Origin: Octopus sinensis | Taxonomy: Eukaryota | DNA: 64,000 bases | Direction of reading: 5' to 3' | Assembly: GCF_006345805.1 (NCBI RefSeq) | Contig: NC_043019.1 | Coordinates: 23,435,360 to 23,499,359 of the forward strand | Shown here: in pieces, positions 33,496 through 47,234 of the stretch | Numbering within the stretch: position 1 is the first letter of the stretch | How the letters are laid out: every line of letters starts with the position of its first letter | Made by a program: the position numbers and the translations under genes | Notes under the pieces: model-generated | What the model was told of the DNA's origin: nothing | Databases searched by the model: none | What the model saw: only the letters and a program-made list of their open reading frames with translations

Positions 33496-33605
33496 GAGAG
33501 AGAGAAAGAGTGTGTAGATGTGATTGTGTGTGAATGCAATTGTCTGTGTGTGTGAAAAAGAGTGTGTAGAAGCAATTGTGTGTGTGTGTGTGTGTGTGTG
33601 TAGTC
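33250..33605. repeat. Compound (GT)n/(GA)n/(GAGT)n microsatellite
   Basis: Visible low-complexity tract. Confidence 0.9.
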
Positions 33606-34249
33606 TGTTTTACCAATTTCAAAGAGTGGACTTTTACAGCTGGTCATGTAATACATCTCACATGTTAAGCAATCAGATAGCGGCCACTCACTGTCACCAC
33701 TCCAACCACCACCATCACCACCCCCGGGCCCCCAGTCCATCTGTACCCTTATCGTTACAACAGTCTCCTGACAACTGATATAAATTCTGCTAATTTACCT
33801 GTTTTGTGGTGATAGTATAGGTGGTGGTGGTGGTAGTGGTATGCTGCTGGAAGGAGATTGATGAGGGCAGTGGTGATGGTGATGCCCTGCTCAGTGGCGG
33901 GAGGGGGGGGAGCTTGGCTGGACTTCACATTACCAGTCAGATATAAATTATCTCCTGGTAGTCGTCATAGTGATGGTGATGTATAATAGCAACATGTGGT
34001 GGGGTGAGAGTACTAATGGCGGTGCATGGAGATGAAATTTAAAGAAAATTAAATGATTATGTATAATACACAATCTTGGATACACATAATCCCATATCTA
34101 CAAGCACAGACAAACATTTGCAACTACACACACACATACATACAAACATTCACTACACACCACTCATGAATAATCACGTCGATACACACACATACAAACT
34201 ACATAGCTTCACACACACACACATACAAACTGCATATCTACATAAACAC

Positions 34250-34790
34250 ACACACATTCACACAAACTACATATCTACACACAATCACATATACACACAC
34301 AGAAACTACATATCTACACACAATCATATATACACACACAGAAACTACATATCTACACACAATCATATATACACACACAGAAACTACATATCTACACACA
34401 ATCATATATACACACACAGAAACTACATATCTACACACAATCACATATACACACACAGAAACTACATATCTACACACAATCACATATACACACTCACACA
34501 AACTACATATCTACACACAATCACACACACATTCACACAAACTACATATCTACACACAATCACACACACATTCACACAAACTACATATCTACACACAATC
34601 ACATATACACACACAGAAACTACATATCTACACACAATCATATATACACACACAGAAACTACATATCTACAATACACACACACATACAAACTGCATATCT
34701 ACATAAACACACACACAATCACACAAACTACATATTTACACACAATCACACATACAGAAACTATATATCTACAATACACAGATACAGACA
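34250..34790. repeat. 30-bp minisatellite (ACACACAGAAACTACATATCTACACACAATCA-type unit)
   Basis: More than 12 tandem units; produces the spurious 253-aa ORF. Confidence 0.93.
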
Positions 34791-35426
34791 CAAACACACA
34801 CACACACACACACACATGTACAAAGTGCAAAGCATAACTAAAAGACTCGAATCTCCACTTCCATCCCCAAGTAATAAGATGCAGATAAAATACAAAACTA
34901 ATTGGTAAAAATAATTACGACTAGCTGTATTAATTAATTATGTTACAGTGAAATATATAACAAATTATCAGTGTCTGTTCTACTCAGAACAGTTTGGGTG
35001 ACCTCTTGTTAAACTATGTGACCATTCAATGAAGGAACCTCGTTTTATCTGCTAGAAATAGCAGCCAATTCTCATTCAAATCACACATAACTTTAAAAAA
35101 AAAAAAGAAGAAAGGGCACATTGGATTGTATTGTTCACCTTAAAAAGATGGATGATCACAACTGGACTCGTTTAGACCATAGGTCAGTGTGTGAGAGGTG
35201 AGGTCAGCATCTTAGATGACCAGTGGTGTCGGTAGGAGGGTATGTAGGGGGAGGGGAGGTGAATAACAAAGAATTTACTAGAAATTGAAAGAAGAGTGAG
35301 AAGGAAGATCTGTGTTTTAAACCTGAAGCTAATTTTGTTGTTATTTAACCCCAGGTAGCTCTGCTCAAGCATACCTATCGCCAAAGACCTTCTGCCTGTA
35401 ACCATTCTTTATTTTTTTCCTATATA

Positions 35427-35808
35427 GCTGCATGGCTGTGTGGTAAGAAGCTTGCTTCTCAACCACATGGTTCCAGGTTCAATCCCACTGCATAACACCT
35501 TTGGTAAGAGTTTTCCACCATAACCTCAGGCTGACCAAAGCCTTGTGAATGGATTTGGTAGACAGAAACTGAAAGAAGCCCATCATATATATATATATGT
35601 GTGTGTGTTTGTGTGTGCATGTGTCTACTACCACCATTTGAGAAACGGTGTTGGTGTATTTACATCCCCATAACTTACCAGTTTGGCAAAAGAGATTGAT
35701 AGAATAAGTACCAGGCTTTACAAAAAATAATAAGTTTGACCAAAGTTTTTCAAGGCAGTGCCCCAGCATAGCCGCTTTCTAATGACTGGAACAAATAAAG
35801 GATAAAAG
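35427..35808 (+). mobile_element. Family B SINE; partial copies also at 26914-27050, 31925-32150, 37697-37848
   Basis: Head and tail match the consensus. Confidence 0.82.
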
Positions 35809-36499
35809 ATATACCAAATCTAGAAACACGTTATTCAATGTTCTTTACTTTGAAAAGTTTACAATGAGATTACATATCCACTGATGATGTTCAATGGGAT
35901 AGAAACTCATCTGAAGTTGTCTCCCATACATGACAAAAAATATTAGTTATTAACCATTATCTTGTCCCTATACTGTACATATTATTTTACTCTAAATTTT
36001 TAATTATCTTTCATTACCATCATCATCAGGGTAAAGAGTAAAGACCCCCTTCAGTCATGAATAACCATGGGATTACACCAAGAAAGTTCCCCTCCAAGAT
36101 ACAAGTCCAGGCAAGGTTGTTTATGGAAGACCGGCAATTGCTCATGCATACCCTCTCCATGCAACAGATGTTATCGAAGGGAAAGGCAAAGGCTGATACA
36201 GCTTGGCACCAGTGACGTCGCAACTCATTTCTACAGCTGAGTGAACTGGAACAATGTGAAATAAAGTGTCTTGCTCAAGAACACAACACACCACATGGTC
36301 CAGGAATCGAACTCACAACCTCATGAATGTGAGCTCAGTGCTCTAACCACTGAGCCATGTACCTTCACCATCAACAGCATTGATTTCATGTCAGTTATTT
36401 TTTTTCTATGCTAGCATGGATTGGACAATACCTGCTGAGGCAGTCTTCTATGGCTGGTTGTCTTTCCTGACACCAATCCTTACTTGTTTTTAAATATTT

Positions 36500-37032
36500 T
36501 TTTTTATTCTACAGGTATTTTACATGCTGGTGCCACATAAAAAGCAACCATGCTGATGTCACATTAAAAGCACTCATTCTGGTGCAACGTAAAAAGTACC
36601 CATGCTGGTGCCACATAAAAAGCGCCTGTGCTGGTGTCATGTAAAAAGCACCTGTGCCACATGAAAAGCACCTGTGCTGGTGCCACATGAAAAGCACCTG
36701 TGTTGGTGTCACATAACTAACACCTGTGTTGGTGTCACATAACTAACACCTGTGCAAGTGTCACATAAAAAGCAGACAAGCTGATGTCATATTAAAAGCA
36801 TCCATGCTGGAGCTACATCAAAAGCATTTGTGCTGGTTCCATGTATAAAGCACTAATGCTGCTGCTATATGAAAAGCACTCAGTACACTCTGTACAGTGG
36901 CTGGCATTAGGAAGGGTATCCAGTTGTAGAAACAATGCCAATCCGGAGCATGGATAGCTCTCTGGCTTTCCAGTTTCAGTCAAACCATCTAACTCATACC
37001 AGCATGGAAAACGGATGTATGATGATGATGAT
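36500..37032 (+). mobile_element. Family C element with an expanded internal ~22-bp tandem repeat
   Basis: Roughly 14 units of GCACCTGTGCTGGTGCCACATGAAAA-type followed by the C tail. Confidence 0.82.
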
Positions 37033-38279
37033 ACATATACCTCTTTGTATGTAGGAATGCATATGGACATCCAGTTTAGTGTGGGATGGTTCCCACACTA
37101 AAGGAAAATGAAAAAAAAACAATAAAACAAAATAAAATAAAATAATAATCATTGAACTTAAGTGAGTCTTCTTAGCAGAGAATATTTTTTAAGTAATTGT
37201 ACCAATCCTTGTTTAGTGGATGGAACTGAATTATATCCTGTTGCCTATAAAACAGCTCAGGTTTCCCACATAACAACATACAACAATGTATTACAGAAAT
37301 AAACTGACACACACAAACACACAGAGATACATATATACATATGCAAATATACACATACAAATGCATGCGTGCACACACACACACACGCACTGTTCATACT
37401 AGACATTTTACTTCTTTGATAAAAATATAAAAGTTAGACACAAAACAAAGAAGAAAAAAACAGGTTACAGTATTAAACCTCACCTTCCCAACGTCCTGTA
37501 AAGTGTGTCATTTTACTGTATGTGTGAAGGTGGGGAGGATAGGGGGATTATAGTTTCAACACATCCAAAAATAAAAAAACCACAAAATCGTTTACAAAGC
37601 ATGCATGAAAACAAATATACAAATATAGACACACACACTCTAGGACTATCCTCACACATGCATCAGTGTTTTCAAAAACCGTAGAATATATAGCTAGGCA
37701 CAAGCGTGGCTGTGTGGTAAGATGCTTGTTTCATGACTGGGTTCAGTCCCACCGCACAGCACCTTGGGCAAGTGTCTTCTACTATAGCTTTGGGCCAACC
37801 AAAGCTTTGAGAGTGGATTTGGTAGATGGAAACTGAAAGAAGCTAGTCATCACTACTATGCAACTCAAACAGTGATAGACATAAGCCAAAACATAAATAA
37901 CAAATAAAATATTATAATTTTAATTGAATTTATTTCAATTGAATTTAAATATAATTGTAATTCGAATTTAATTGTAGCCATGAAACGTACATAGCTTTTT
38001 TACTTATTATATATTGATTATTCAATTATATTATACTTTTTGAGATCTAGTTTATATGTTTTATAAAAATATATTTTATTTGTTATTTTTGTTTTGGTTT
38101 ATGTCTATCACTGAGTTGCATAATAGTGGTTTTATCTCTAATTTATATTTTATATAATTATATTGTGAAATTTGATTTAATACTAAATTGAATTTTTCCC
38201 TGTACGTTTGGAGTTATACTCCCTAATATTATTATTATAATGGATTAGTAAGTGCAGACTGGCACATAATGATAAGAAA

Positions 38280-38313
<34 letters not shown>

Positions 38314-39344
38314 TGCGTGCATGAATGTGTCCATCTCTTGGTATACTGCAGATGTCTCAGTACAAACGCAAAAGCCAAAACTTACAAAACAGGATTTAAC
38401 ACAGGAAAAGAAAAAAAATTTGAAACTAAAAATACAATACTGCTGTGTAGTTAAGAAGTTCATTTTGCAGTCACTTAATTCCAGGTTCAGTCCCACTGTA
38501 CAGCAACTTGAGCAAGTTTCTTCTACTAAGACCCCAAACTGACAAATGTTTTCTGAATGAATTTGGTACATGGAAAATATATTGTGTGTGTGTGTGTGTG
38601 TGTGGAGAGAGAAATGAGAGAAAGTGAGTGAAGGGAATGGAAAAGATAAATCCAGACTACATATGTTTCCAAGTCAATCTGAATGTTTTATGTAACTTCT
38701 CAAACACATACACAGCTTAACACTTTTTTTAGGTTGAATTATTTGCAGTTGTCATCATTGTCATAAAGAAAAAGTGTAGAATTTACCCATTTGGTCACAG
38801 CTGAATGGTAGGTGGAAACCAATGAATTTCATTGGTCATTAGACAAGCTGTTTCCACCTAGCATCCTGTTGTAGCTGAATTAGTGAATTGTTCACTTTTC
38901 TTCTTGCAACAATGACTTACAACCAATGGTAATTCAACAAAAAAAAGAGCTAAGTAGTATTTATATGTGTTATAAGTTATGGTAAGACATATTGAGATTG
39001 GCTTGCAAACATTTGTAGTTGGGATTTACCTCCTCAATTCACTACATCCTTTAATTTAAAAATCACTATTATCACATAACTAACAATCTTCATTGCTAAA
39101 CCAGGAGTTGTATAGCGGCAGTCATATTATTGAAATTTCCATCTATTTTGATATGGGACAAAGTGTATAACATATGCTGATTAATAAGCTTTGTTGATCA
39201 AGTACCATCCACTTTTTGTCATCTGTACAAGCCATTTCTTTGTTTGATGCTTACTGACTTCCTGCACCAAGATCTTTTTGAACCACACTACTCTGTCATC
39301 ATTTAATGTCCATCTTCCATACTGGCATGAATTGGATGGTTTGA

Positions 39345-39640
39345 AGGACCTGGTAAATCCAAGGACTGTACTTACTTGTGACGGCATCACGAACCATGGC
39401 AGCCCACGCTCGATGGTCCTGTGCGAGGTCACTGGAAATAGCGAGCCATTCGCGTTCCATCTGCGCAGACCAACAACCTGCGGACCTGAGAGTTCGGAGA
39501 GGTCCTCCTTTATCATCGTTGCCCAGGTCTTCAGCTGCTCGCCCGTGCGTTTGTGCCAGTTGGGAAGTGGAGGTGGTAGGAGGACATCGTGAATCAGCTC
39601 ACCCTCTGGACACTGGGACGTATGACCTAATTACTGCCAA
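39345..39640 (-). pseudogene. RTE-type LINE ORF2 C-terminal remnant
   Basis: GH...LIHDVLLPPPLPNWHKRTGEQLKTWATMIKEDL...DLAQDHRAWAAMVRDAV with a frameshift. Confidence 0.75.
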
Positions 39641-39896
39641 AGGTGGTCCTACCTCATATTAAAATTAATTTGTTTGAAATTTTAAGGCATTTCCATTATT
39701 TTGTCCAACCCCTGTATATAAAAATTCAGTCAAATACATTTATATATACAGACACACAGCACAGATTTTTGTCAGTGAACAGGTCGCGGATTTTAGCGAC
39801 GAAAATATTTTGACAAATTAAACTTAAATGTTGAAGTGAATCGAACGGCTTTTGTGTGTTTCTTAAATGGCTTACAAACACCTTCCACGCTGCAAT

Positions 39897-39929
<33 letters not shown>

Positions 39930-39935
<6 letters not shown>

Positions 39936-40138
39936 GGCCAAAAGTCATGCACCAAAAAATTTGATTTTTTTTTTTTTTTATATGTATACATTATTATTCA
40001 TTTTGTTCATCAAATACAAGTACACTTGTATTCATCACTATTTTATTTATTTTATTCAATTTTAGAAAAATTGAAGTATGTCTGACAATTCCAGTGCATA
40101 TTGAATTTTATTTTGTGCATGACTTTTGGCTCACCCTA
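39930..40138. mobile_element. Tc1/mariner-type MITE with TA TSD; related fragments 44098-44175 and 59990-60090
   Basis: TIR TAGGGTGGCCAAAAGTCATGCAC / GTGCATGACTTTTGGCTCACCCTA. Confidence 0.82.
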
Positions 40139-40557
40139 TATATATATGCACACATACACACACACACGAGAAAGAGAAAATCAAATACAACAGTGTGGTT
40201 GTTATCCAACTTGTTACTATTCTATTCCCTGGTGTTCTAATTTCAATACTAGAATTAGCACAAACCTCATCATCCTGACACCCATAAAGTAATAAATCCA
40301 GAATGGTAAAGACTAGGTAAGATACCAAACTGGATACGGTAATAATCAGACAGTGTAGGGAACAGGATATTCAATAATGATAACAGTTACTAATGAAAGT
40401 CTTGTCACCAGTAGACCATTGTGTCTATGGCCAGCACTACTTGATTCATAGTGGCTGAATCAGCCTGGTTCTAAGTTGGTATCACATGGTGAACAGTTAA
40501 AAATCACCTACACACTTAACTTTTCTCAATAAACAAGTCCACCAATGTAGGAATAGT

Positions 40558-40780
40558 ACCTATTTCTTTATTACCCACAAGGGGCTAAACACAGAAGGGA
40601 CAAACAAGGACAGACAAAGGTATTAAGTCAATTACATCGACCCCAGTGTGTAACTGGTACTTAATTTATCGACGCCGAAAGGATGAAAGGCAAAGTCGAC
40701 CATGGCGGAATTTGAACTCACAACGTAACGGCAAACGAAATACCGCTAAGCATTTCGCCCGGCGTGCTAACGTTTCTGCC
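40558..40780 (-). mobile_element. A2 SINE monomer
   Basis: Reverse complement of the A2 consensus. Confidence 0.88.
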
Positions 40781-41506
40781 ACAGGTAAAATAAGTCACTG
40801 TTGTAGGCCATGGCAGTTTTGCAAAATTGCAAGTCCTTCATTGCAAATATGACTACCACCTGACTATGCCCTCAATTCATTTTAGGTGAACTCTAAAAGG
40901 ACATCGCTCTTTCACACACACATACCATAAATCAATGAGACAGTTATATTGAATTTCTGAACTTGGAACACACCATAAATTGAACTTAGTATGCAGTACT
41001 TTCTTCTTTGTACTAGTCATATAAATAAACTCGTTCTCTCTCTCTCTCTCTCACTCCCTTTGGTCTCTCACCAAATATATATATGTTTATTTATAATGTA
41101 TGTCTGCCTGAACAGCAACAGCTGCCAGTTGATTATAAAAATTCTACAACTTGCATTATTGAATACTAAGAGTCACTTTATTCTTTGATCCAACCTCCTC
41201 CTTAGTCCAACCCACAGAATCCATAAACCGAATTATTCTATAGAAATCCAATAAACATACATATATTGGGTTATTTGGTGAATTTTCTTCTCATTTTGGC
41301 CATTGTCTTCCCATTTTTTCCTTCTTCTATGTCTTTATTTAAATTTACTTATTTTAAACTGGTTGGTGTGAAACTACAAGCTGTCACACTTGTTATGGAA
41401 TGTAAAACGATTGATCGATGTAAGAGTGCAACATCAATATAACAAAGACTTCTCATTACTAATACATCAACAAGTAAACATTTGTAATTATCATATAATT
41501 AGCATA

Positions 41507-41597
41507 TAGCGTAGTGGTTAAGAGTACGGGCTACTAACCCCAAGATTCTGAGTTCAATTCCATGCAGTGACCTGAATAATAATAATAATAATAATAA
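41507..41597 (+). mobile_element. Short tRNA-derived retrocopy/simple SINE with (AAT)n tail
   Basis: AGCGTAGTGGTTAAG (A box), GGG-CTACTAA-CCC anticodon-like arm, GAGTTCAATTCC (B box), no acceptor stem. Confidence 0.7.
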
Positions 41598-41872
41598 GTA
41601 AACATTTGGTATCTTGTTATTGCTTAATCAACTGTGGTCACATTCAACCAGGTGAGGTCTGACCAAGGAAGTTCCAGGCATGATCACACCATTTGTTCAT
41701 TCACAATCCATTTGGAGCAGTGGTTCTTAACTGGGGTAAGATTTAGTGTAAGATTTACTGGGGTCCATGTAACAAAATAGTAAATTGGGGATTTCAACCC
41801 AAAGTTAGAGATAATACTAGCTACAGATGCTAGAAAGTATGGGATAGGGGTCATGTTCCTACACAAGGATAA

Positions 41873-42838
41873 TGATGGCAGGAGAAAGGCAATAGCTCAC
41901 ACGTCAAGGACATAATTGCTGGTGGAAAAGTGCTGTAGCCAAATCGAAAAAAAGGCTTTGGTTATCATATTTAGCGTGAAAAAATTCCACAGGTTCATTC
42001 ACAGCAGATGTTTCTGGTTGCAAACGGACCATAGACCTCTAATAATATAAGGATTCAAGAAAGGAATCCTGACACATATGGCAAACAGACTGCAGTGGTG
42101 GGGTACCATTCTATTAAACTATGATTATAGAATGGAATGTCTACCTTCAAAAAAGTCTGGGCATGCCAATGGTCTGTCTAGGCTAATTCCGAGAAATAAC
42201 AAACCACTGGAGGACACCGTAATAGCAGCACTGAGAGTGGAAGCAGAAACAAAAAAAGTGATGTGGAACATCGTACGTGAACTACCAGTAACTTTGGAAG
42301 AAATATAAGAAATGCGAGAAATGACAAATTTATTAACCCTTTCGTTACTGTATTTATTTTCAGATGCTTTGTGTTCCTTTTAATTACTTTAAATATAACA
42401 AAGAATTTAGTAAAATAACTTAGTTATCAATCAGCTAGTGTTAGGAACATAAATTGTGACTAAGGTTTGGTGGAAGATTATAATTCAAAACTTATGAAAA
42501 CAAGACATTTGTACTCAGTGCCAGAGCCGGTTTCAGCCGGGTTGGTAATGAAAGGGTTAATGAGACAATAAAAAAACTGTGGTCAACAAAAGGAAATAAA
42601 GAAAGGTCTGATGCAAAGAACTGCTAAGACATGAACATGTACTCTATATGTGATGGTGTACTAATATACGCTCAGAGGGTGGTCCCACAACAGACATTAC
42701 AGAAGAGAATACTAAAAGAGTTCCATGTGGGACACCCAGGCATCTCTAGCATGAAAGCGCTGATGCAAAGTTTTGTATACTGGCTAAGCATGGACAAGGA
42801 AGTTGAAAACCTGGTAAAAGGCTGCAGAGGATGTGTGC
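41873..42838 (+). pseudogene. Ty3/Gypsy pol remnant (RNase H and integrase H2C2 zinc finger)
   Basis: SQIEKKALVIIFSVKKFHRF...TDHRPL, ANRLQWW, HANGLSRL, FHVGHPGISSMKAL...YW...CRGC; stops and frameshifts. Confidence 0.9.
42337..42556. mobile_element. piggyBac-type MITE nested in the Gypsy remnant
   Basis: TTAA|CCCTTTCGTTAC ... GTAATGAAAGGG|TTAA. Confidence 0.88.
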
Positions 42839-42924
42839 ATAAATATATATATATATATATGCATGCATACATACATAGATATACATAGACATACATATAG
42901 ATTCATACACATATAGATATACAT

Positions 42925-43145
42925 GTTGTTGGCATCCTTTTTGTCTCGGGAGACAATGGAGTTGCGCATAAAATAGTCCAGTCCGGCTTTTACATTTCAT
43001 GTCCTGATACATTTCCTGCTGTGGCTGTGTAGTCCTATCCTGGACAAACACTCCCTCTGGCAGGTACCACAAAAGTAGCGAGGACTGTTCCTGGCTGGTT
43101 GTAATGTCATAGTTTCTTGTTGACGTCTTTTCTTGTCTTTCCATT
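42925..43145 (-). pseudogene. RTE LINE 3' end (C-terminal CCHC-type finger and short 3'UTR)
   Basis: YFCGTCQRECLSRIGLHSHSRKC followed by ...GGATGCCAACAACA. Confidence 0.85.
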
Positions 43146-43834
43146 TCTCCTCTCTCTTATACATACACACATATATATATATACATATATACATACATTT
43201 ATATATACACATACATACAAATACATTTATATATACACTTATACGTACATATTACACAAGAATATATATACATATATGCATACTTATAGATGTGTATGTA
43301 CGTACACACACACACACACACATACATTATATATATCATCATCGTTTAATGTCTATCTTCTATGCTGGAATAGTTGAAATCCAAAATGTAAAGTGCATCA
43401 CCAACAATAAAACATAAGGAGAGTTCTGTGGAATGTGAAATACATCAAAATAAATTGTTTGGTTGGTGGTATGAAGTGGTAAGATTAAACAACTTCTTCA
43501 GCTGATACTTATTGTTCAAGAGTTAAGTGAACTCTTGGCAAATGTAACATTAGACTTTCTGCTCCTCACAGCATTATTCAACTTATTCAACAGGCAAACA
43601 CAATGCAAACACACTTGTGCCACATTCATTAAGTGCATGTGGCCTCCTGATGCAGGATGGAGATTCAGTAATGCTAGGGAGGTGAACAATTAATTTAAAT
43701 CGTAATAGATGACGTGTGCATGTCGTTTTCCAAGCACATGATCTCAGGCTTGTGTGGCACCTTGAGCAAGTGTCTTCTACTGTAGCCTTGTGAGTTAATT
43801 TGGTAGATAGAAACTGAAAGAAGCCTGTCACATG

Positions 43835-43885
<51 letters not shown>

Positions 43886-43888
<3 letters not shown>

Positions 43889-43998
43889 AAAGTAAATAAA
43901 TGGTACAACGAAGTACCGATATTTACTGGAAATAGCAAACGTAATAACGAAGTACCGATAAATATCGGTACTTCGTTGTACCATTTATTTACTTTTAT
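43886..43998. repeat. Small foldback element, 40-bp perfect arms
   Basis: Arms 43886-43925 and 43959-43998; a third ACGAAGTACCGATA copy lies in the spacer. Confidence 0.8.
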
Positions 43999-44884
43999 GT
44001 ATAATTTTACCCCCACGGGCTATTCTTTACTGGAATGCAATACTCTCGCATTGCATTACTATTTTCATATATATATATATATAATATATACACACACATA
44101 CTGGGTGGGCCAAAAGTCATGCACAAAATAAGTTCAACTTGCTCTGGAACTGTCAAAGACATGCTTCAATGTTTAAAAACACCAGAAAGTAAAAGTGATC
44201 AGATCATAACTAATGACAGAGCCTTAATGTGGTTGCTCTATTTGCAAGAAATAGCAGCTGAATTTCTTTTAAATTACACCTTAATCTGTTATAAAAAAAA
44301 TTTTTAAAACATATTAGATAATGTGATCCTAGATACAGTATACTTAGATAAAAGGTTTGACATTGTGGTCACAGCTGGAATGCTTTTGATCAGAGGTCAA
44401 CCCAAACAGAGTTGTCCCATGGTTAAACAACAGCAAGCTATCAGATTATTTATAGATCTGACTGATTCTGTAATAGTTACTCATCCAAGTTAGTCTGGCA
44501 TGATGACAGTAGTACCACAACTCGTTGACTGACCGGTCCAAATCAAGATAATCAATTGGTGCATTCATTATTCATGCTTACAACAAGAACAACAATACCT
44601 ACAATATTTGTCGACACAAAAATTTATTGATACATCATTATCAATGAAATGGAAATTAACGCTTAATTAACATTACAAAACTGGGTCAGTTTACTTAGTA
44701 AAGATACATGACTAATTCCCTACATTGTATGAAGCAAGTTAAAATCCTGAATAACCAGAGGACTATGGGATCTTGTACCAATATCAACAAGGTGTGTCCC
44801 TGTCAGTCGATCAACTGAAGTGTCTACTCATTGTTTTATACATAACTGAGTATTCCACAGGTACAGCATATTTTCCGGTACACA

Positions 44885-45207
44885 TCGGCCACGTTCACAT
44901 AAAAAGCACCATCCGAACGTGGCCGATGCCAGCGCCGCCTCGACTGGCTTCTGTGCCGGTGGCACGTTAAAAGCACCAACCGATCGTGGCCGATGCCAGA
45001 CCCCCCTGGCACCTGTGCAGGTGGCACATAAAAAGCACCCACTACACTCGCGGAGTGGTTGGCGTTAGGAAGGGCATCCAGCTGTAGAAACACTGCCAGA
45101 TCAGACTGGAGCCTGGTGCAGCCATCTGGCTTCCCAGACCCCGGTCGAACCGTCTAACCCGTGCTAGCGTGGAAAACGTATGTTAAACGATGATGATGAT
45201 GATGATG
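44885..45207 (+). mobile_element. Family C SINE-like element (young, CpG-rich); further copies 32697-32900, 46057-46280
   Basis: Near-identical to 2020-2322. Confidence 0.87.
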
Positions 45208-45397
45208 ACAAGTCAATGTAGCATTCAATGTAAACATTCAAACATTGTTGCTATCTTTCCATGCTCTGATGTATTTCACACGGGATTGTTAATCCTTCAA
45301 AGTCATTTGGTGTGTAAATCAACCTAACTTTTGGGACTGTAAATTTTGGTCCGAAAAATTCAACTTGTATACCAGAAAATTCTGTAATACTCAGGCA

Positions 45398-45766
45398 GAC
45401 TGGCTGTGTAGTAAGTAGCTTGTTTACCAACCACATGGTTCCGGGTTCAGTCCCACTGAGTGGCACCTTGGGCAAGTGTCTTCTACTATAGCCTCGGGCC
45501 GACCAAAGCCTTGTGAGTGGATTTGGTAGACGGAAACTGAAAGAAGCCCGTCGTATATATGTATATGTATGTGTGTTTATCCCATCCAACATCGCTTGAC
45601 AACCGATGCTGGTGTGTTTATGTCCCCATCACTTAGTGGTTCGGCAAAAGAGACCGATAGAATAAGTACTGGGCTTACAAAGAATAAGTCCCAGGGCTCG
45701 AGTTGCTCGATTAAAGGCGGTGCTCCAGCATGGCTGCAGTCAAATGACTGAAACAAGTAAAAGAGT
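45398..45766 (+). mobile_element. Family B SINE, full length
   Basis: Head GGCTGTGTAGTAAGTAGCTTG, tail GGCGGTGCTCCAGCATGGCTGCAGTCAAATGACTGAAACAAGTAAAAGAGTA. Confidence 0.9.
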
Positions 45767-47234
45767 ATACCAAAGTGTGAGACAAGACTGGATCTTTGAA
45801 TTAAATGTATGGCTCAGTTGGCATTATTTCCCTTAAAAGCTTGAGCCAGTGCCATGTTAAAGTAAAATAAACTTAGCCAAGGTATTGTGTATTGGGATCA
45901 AATGTAGAACATCTTGATTGTAGAGCAAACTGATCATGCATTTAACCCTGTTTGAATCTATGAATGACTACTGACAAACATATAAATATGCATGAATTGG
46001 CACTGACCAGATCTGAGCAAGAACCTGGTAGCCAGTACCATGCTTCGCTATATATGTATCATCATCATCATCATCGTTTAACGTCCGCTTTCCATGCTAG
46101 CATGGATTGGACGATTTGACAGAGGACTGGCAAACCAGATGGCTGCACCAGGCTCCAATCTTGATCTGGCAGTTTCTACAGCTGGATGCCCTTCCTAACG
46201 CCAACCACTCAGAGTGTAGTGGGTGCTTTTACATGCCCCCAGCACGAGGGCCAGTCAGGTGGTACTGGCAATGGCCATGAAAAATCTTTTTTTTGTGGGG
46301 GGGTATTTTTTTTTTAAATCAATTTAGAAAATAATTATTATGATTATGAGGAGGATTGGGGCTAAAAAACAATAACAGCCCAAATATACTAATATATGCA
46401 TATACTAATATATCACCTTGAAGACAGTATGTTCAATCAAAATTCAAGCTATTTTAAATTTTTTTCATCAAGGTAGCTTGCTAGGTGTTCATGGTCCCCT
46501 CCTTAGTTCTTTGGGCCCTGGAGCAATGTATTAGCTGAAGTCCACTCTTATATACCCTGCACCCACTTACACACCTTCACATAAATATTACAAAATTTTC
46601 AGTTTGGTTATAACAGTTAAAGAATTTTATAATTTCCAACTTAAAAGAGATAAAATACAATTTCAATTAATTTCAGTTTGTTAGGATTGTAAATAACAAG
46701 ACTTTATACAATTCTTCATTGGGTATGTCTGCCTCAATAAAGATGTTTTAAAAAATAGTTATTAAAAATAAAACAAAAAATACATCCAAGTGAAGCTGAT
46801 TTAGTGAAATGGTTAATCCACATTTCTCCGTAAAGAGCATAGAGCCATTTCTCTGGTGTATATATATTCCTCCCTGGATGGGGACGTTGGTCTGTCATGC
46901 GATTACTCATTTTTACCAGCTGAGCAAACTGGAGCAACATGTAATGAAGTGTTTTGCTCAAGAACAACACATCGCCCAGTTCAGGAATCAAAACCGCTAC
47001 CTTTCAATCAAGAATCCCAACACCCATGCACTTCCACAATGGTGTGTATGTGGGTCACACCTCTTTAGCAACTAACAATGTTAAATATAATGAACCTGAA
47101 GACCTCAGAATATAGGGAAGGACCCATAGTGGAAGTCGATTCAGTGTTGAGTACACAACATCTATCCTAATTTTAGTAACTCAAATGATATTGAAGAAGA
47201 CAAAGTTGAAGCTAAACAACAACACAGCATAAAG

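Noticed and set aside
34076-34837. 253-aa ORF, the longest in the track
   Set aside because: Translation of a 30-bp CA-rich minisatellite; no splice or domain support.
35881-35925. CTGATGA-stem-GAAA hammerhead core
   Set aside because: Stem II is weak (two G-U pairs) and no compatible stems I/III with an NUH site were found; single copy.
36500-36890. CRISPR-like array
   Set aside because: Units are contiguous without unique spacers, lie inside a SINE-like element, there are no cas genes, and the context is eukaryotic.
39295-39345. Family C tail as the 3'UTR of the adjacent RTE-type LINE
   Set aside because: The C fragment is visibly more decayed than the CpG-rich LINE piece, so adjacency is more likely nesting; not decisive.
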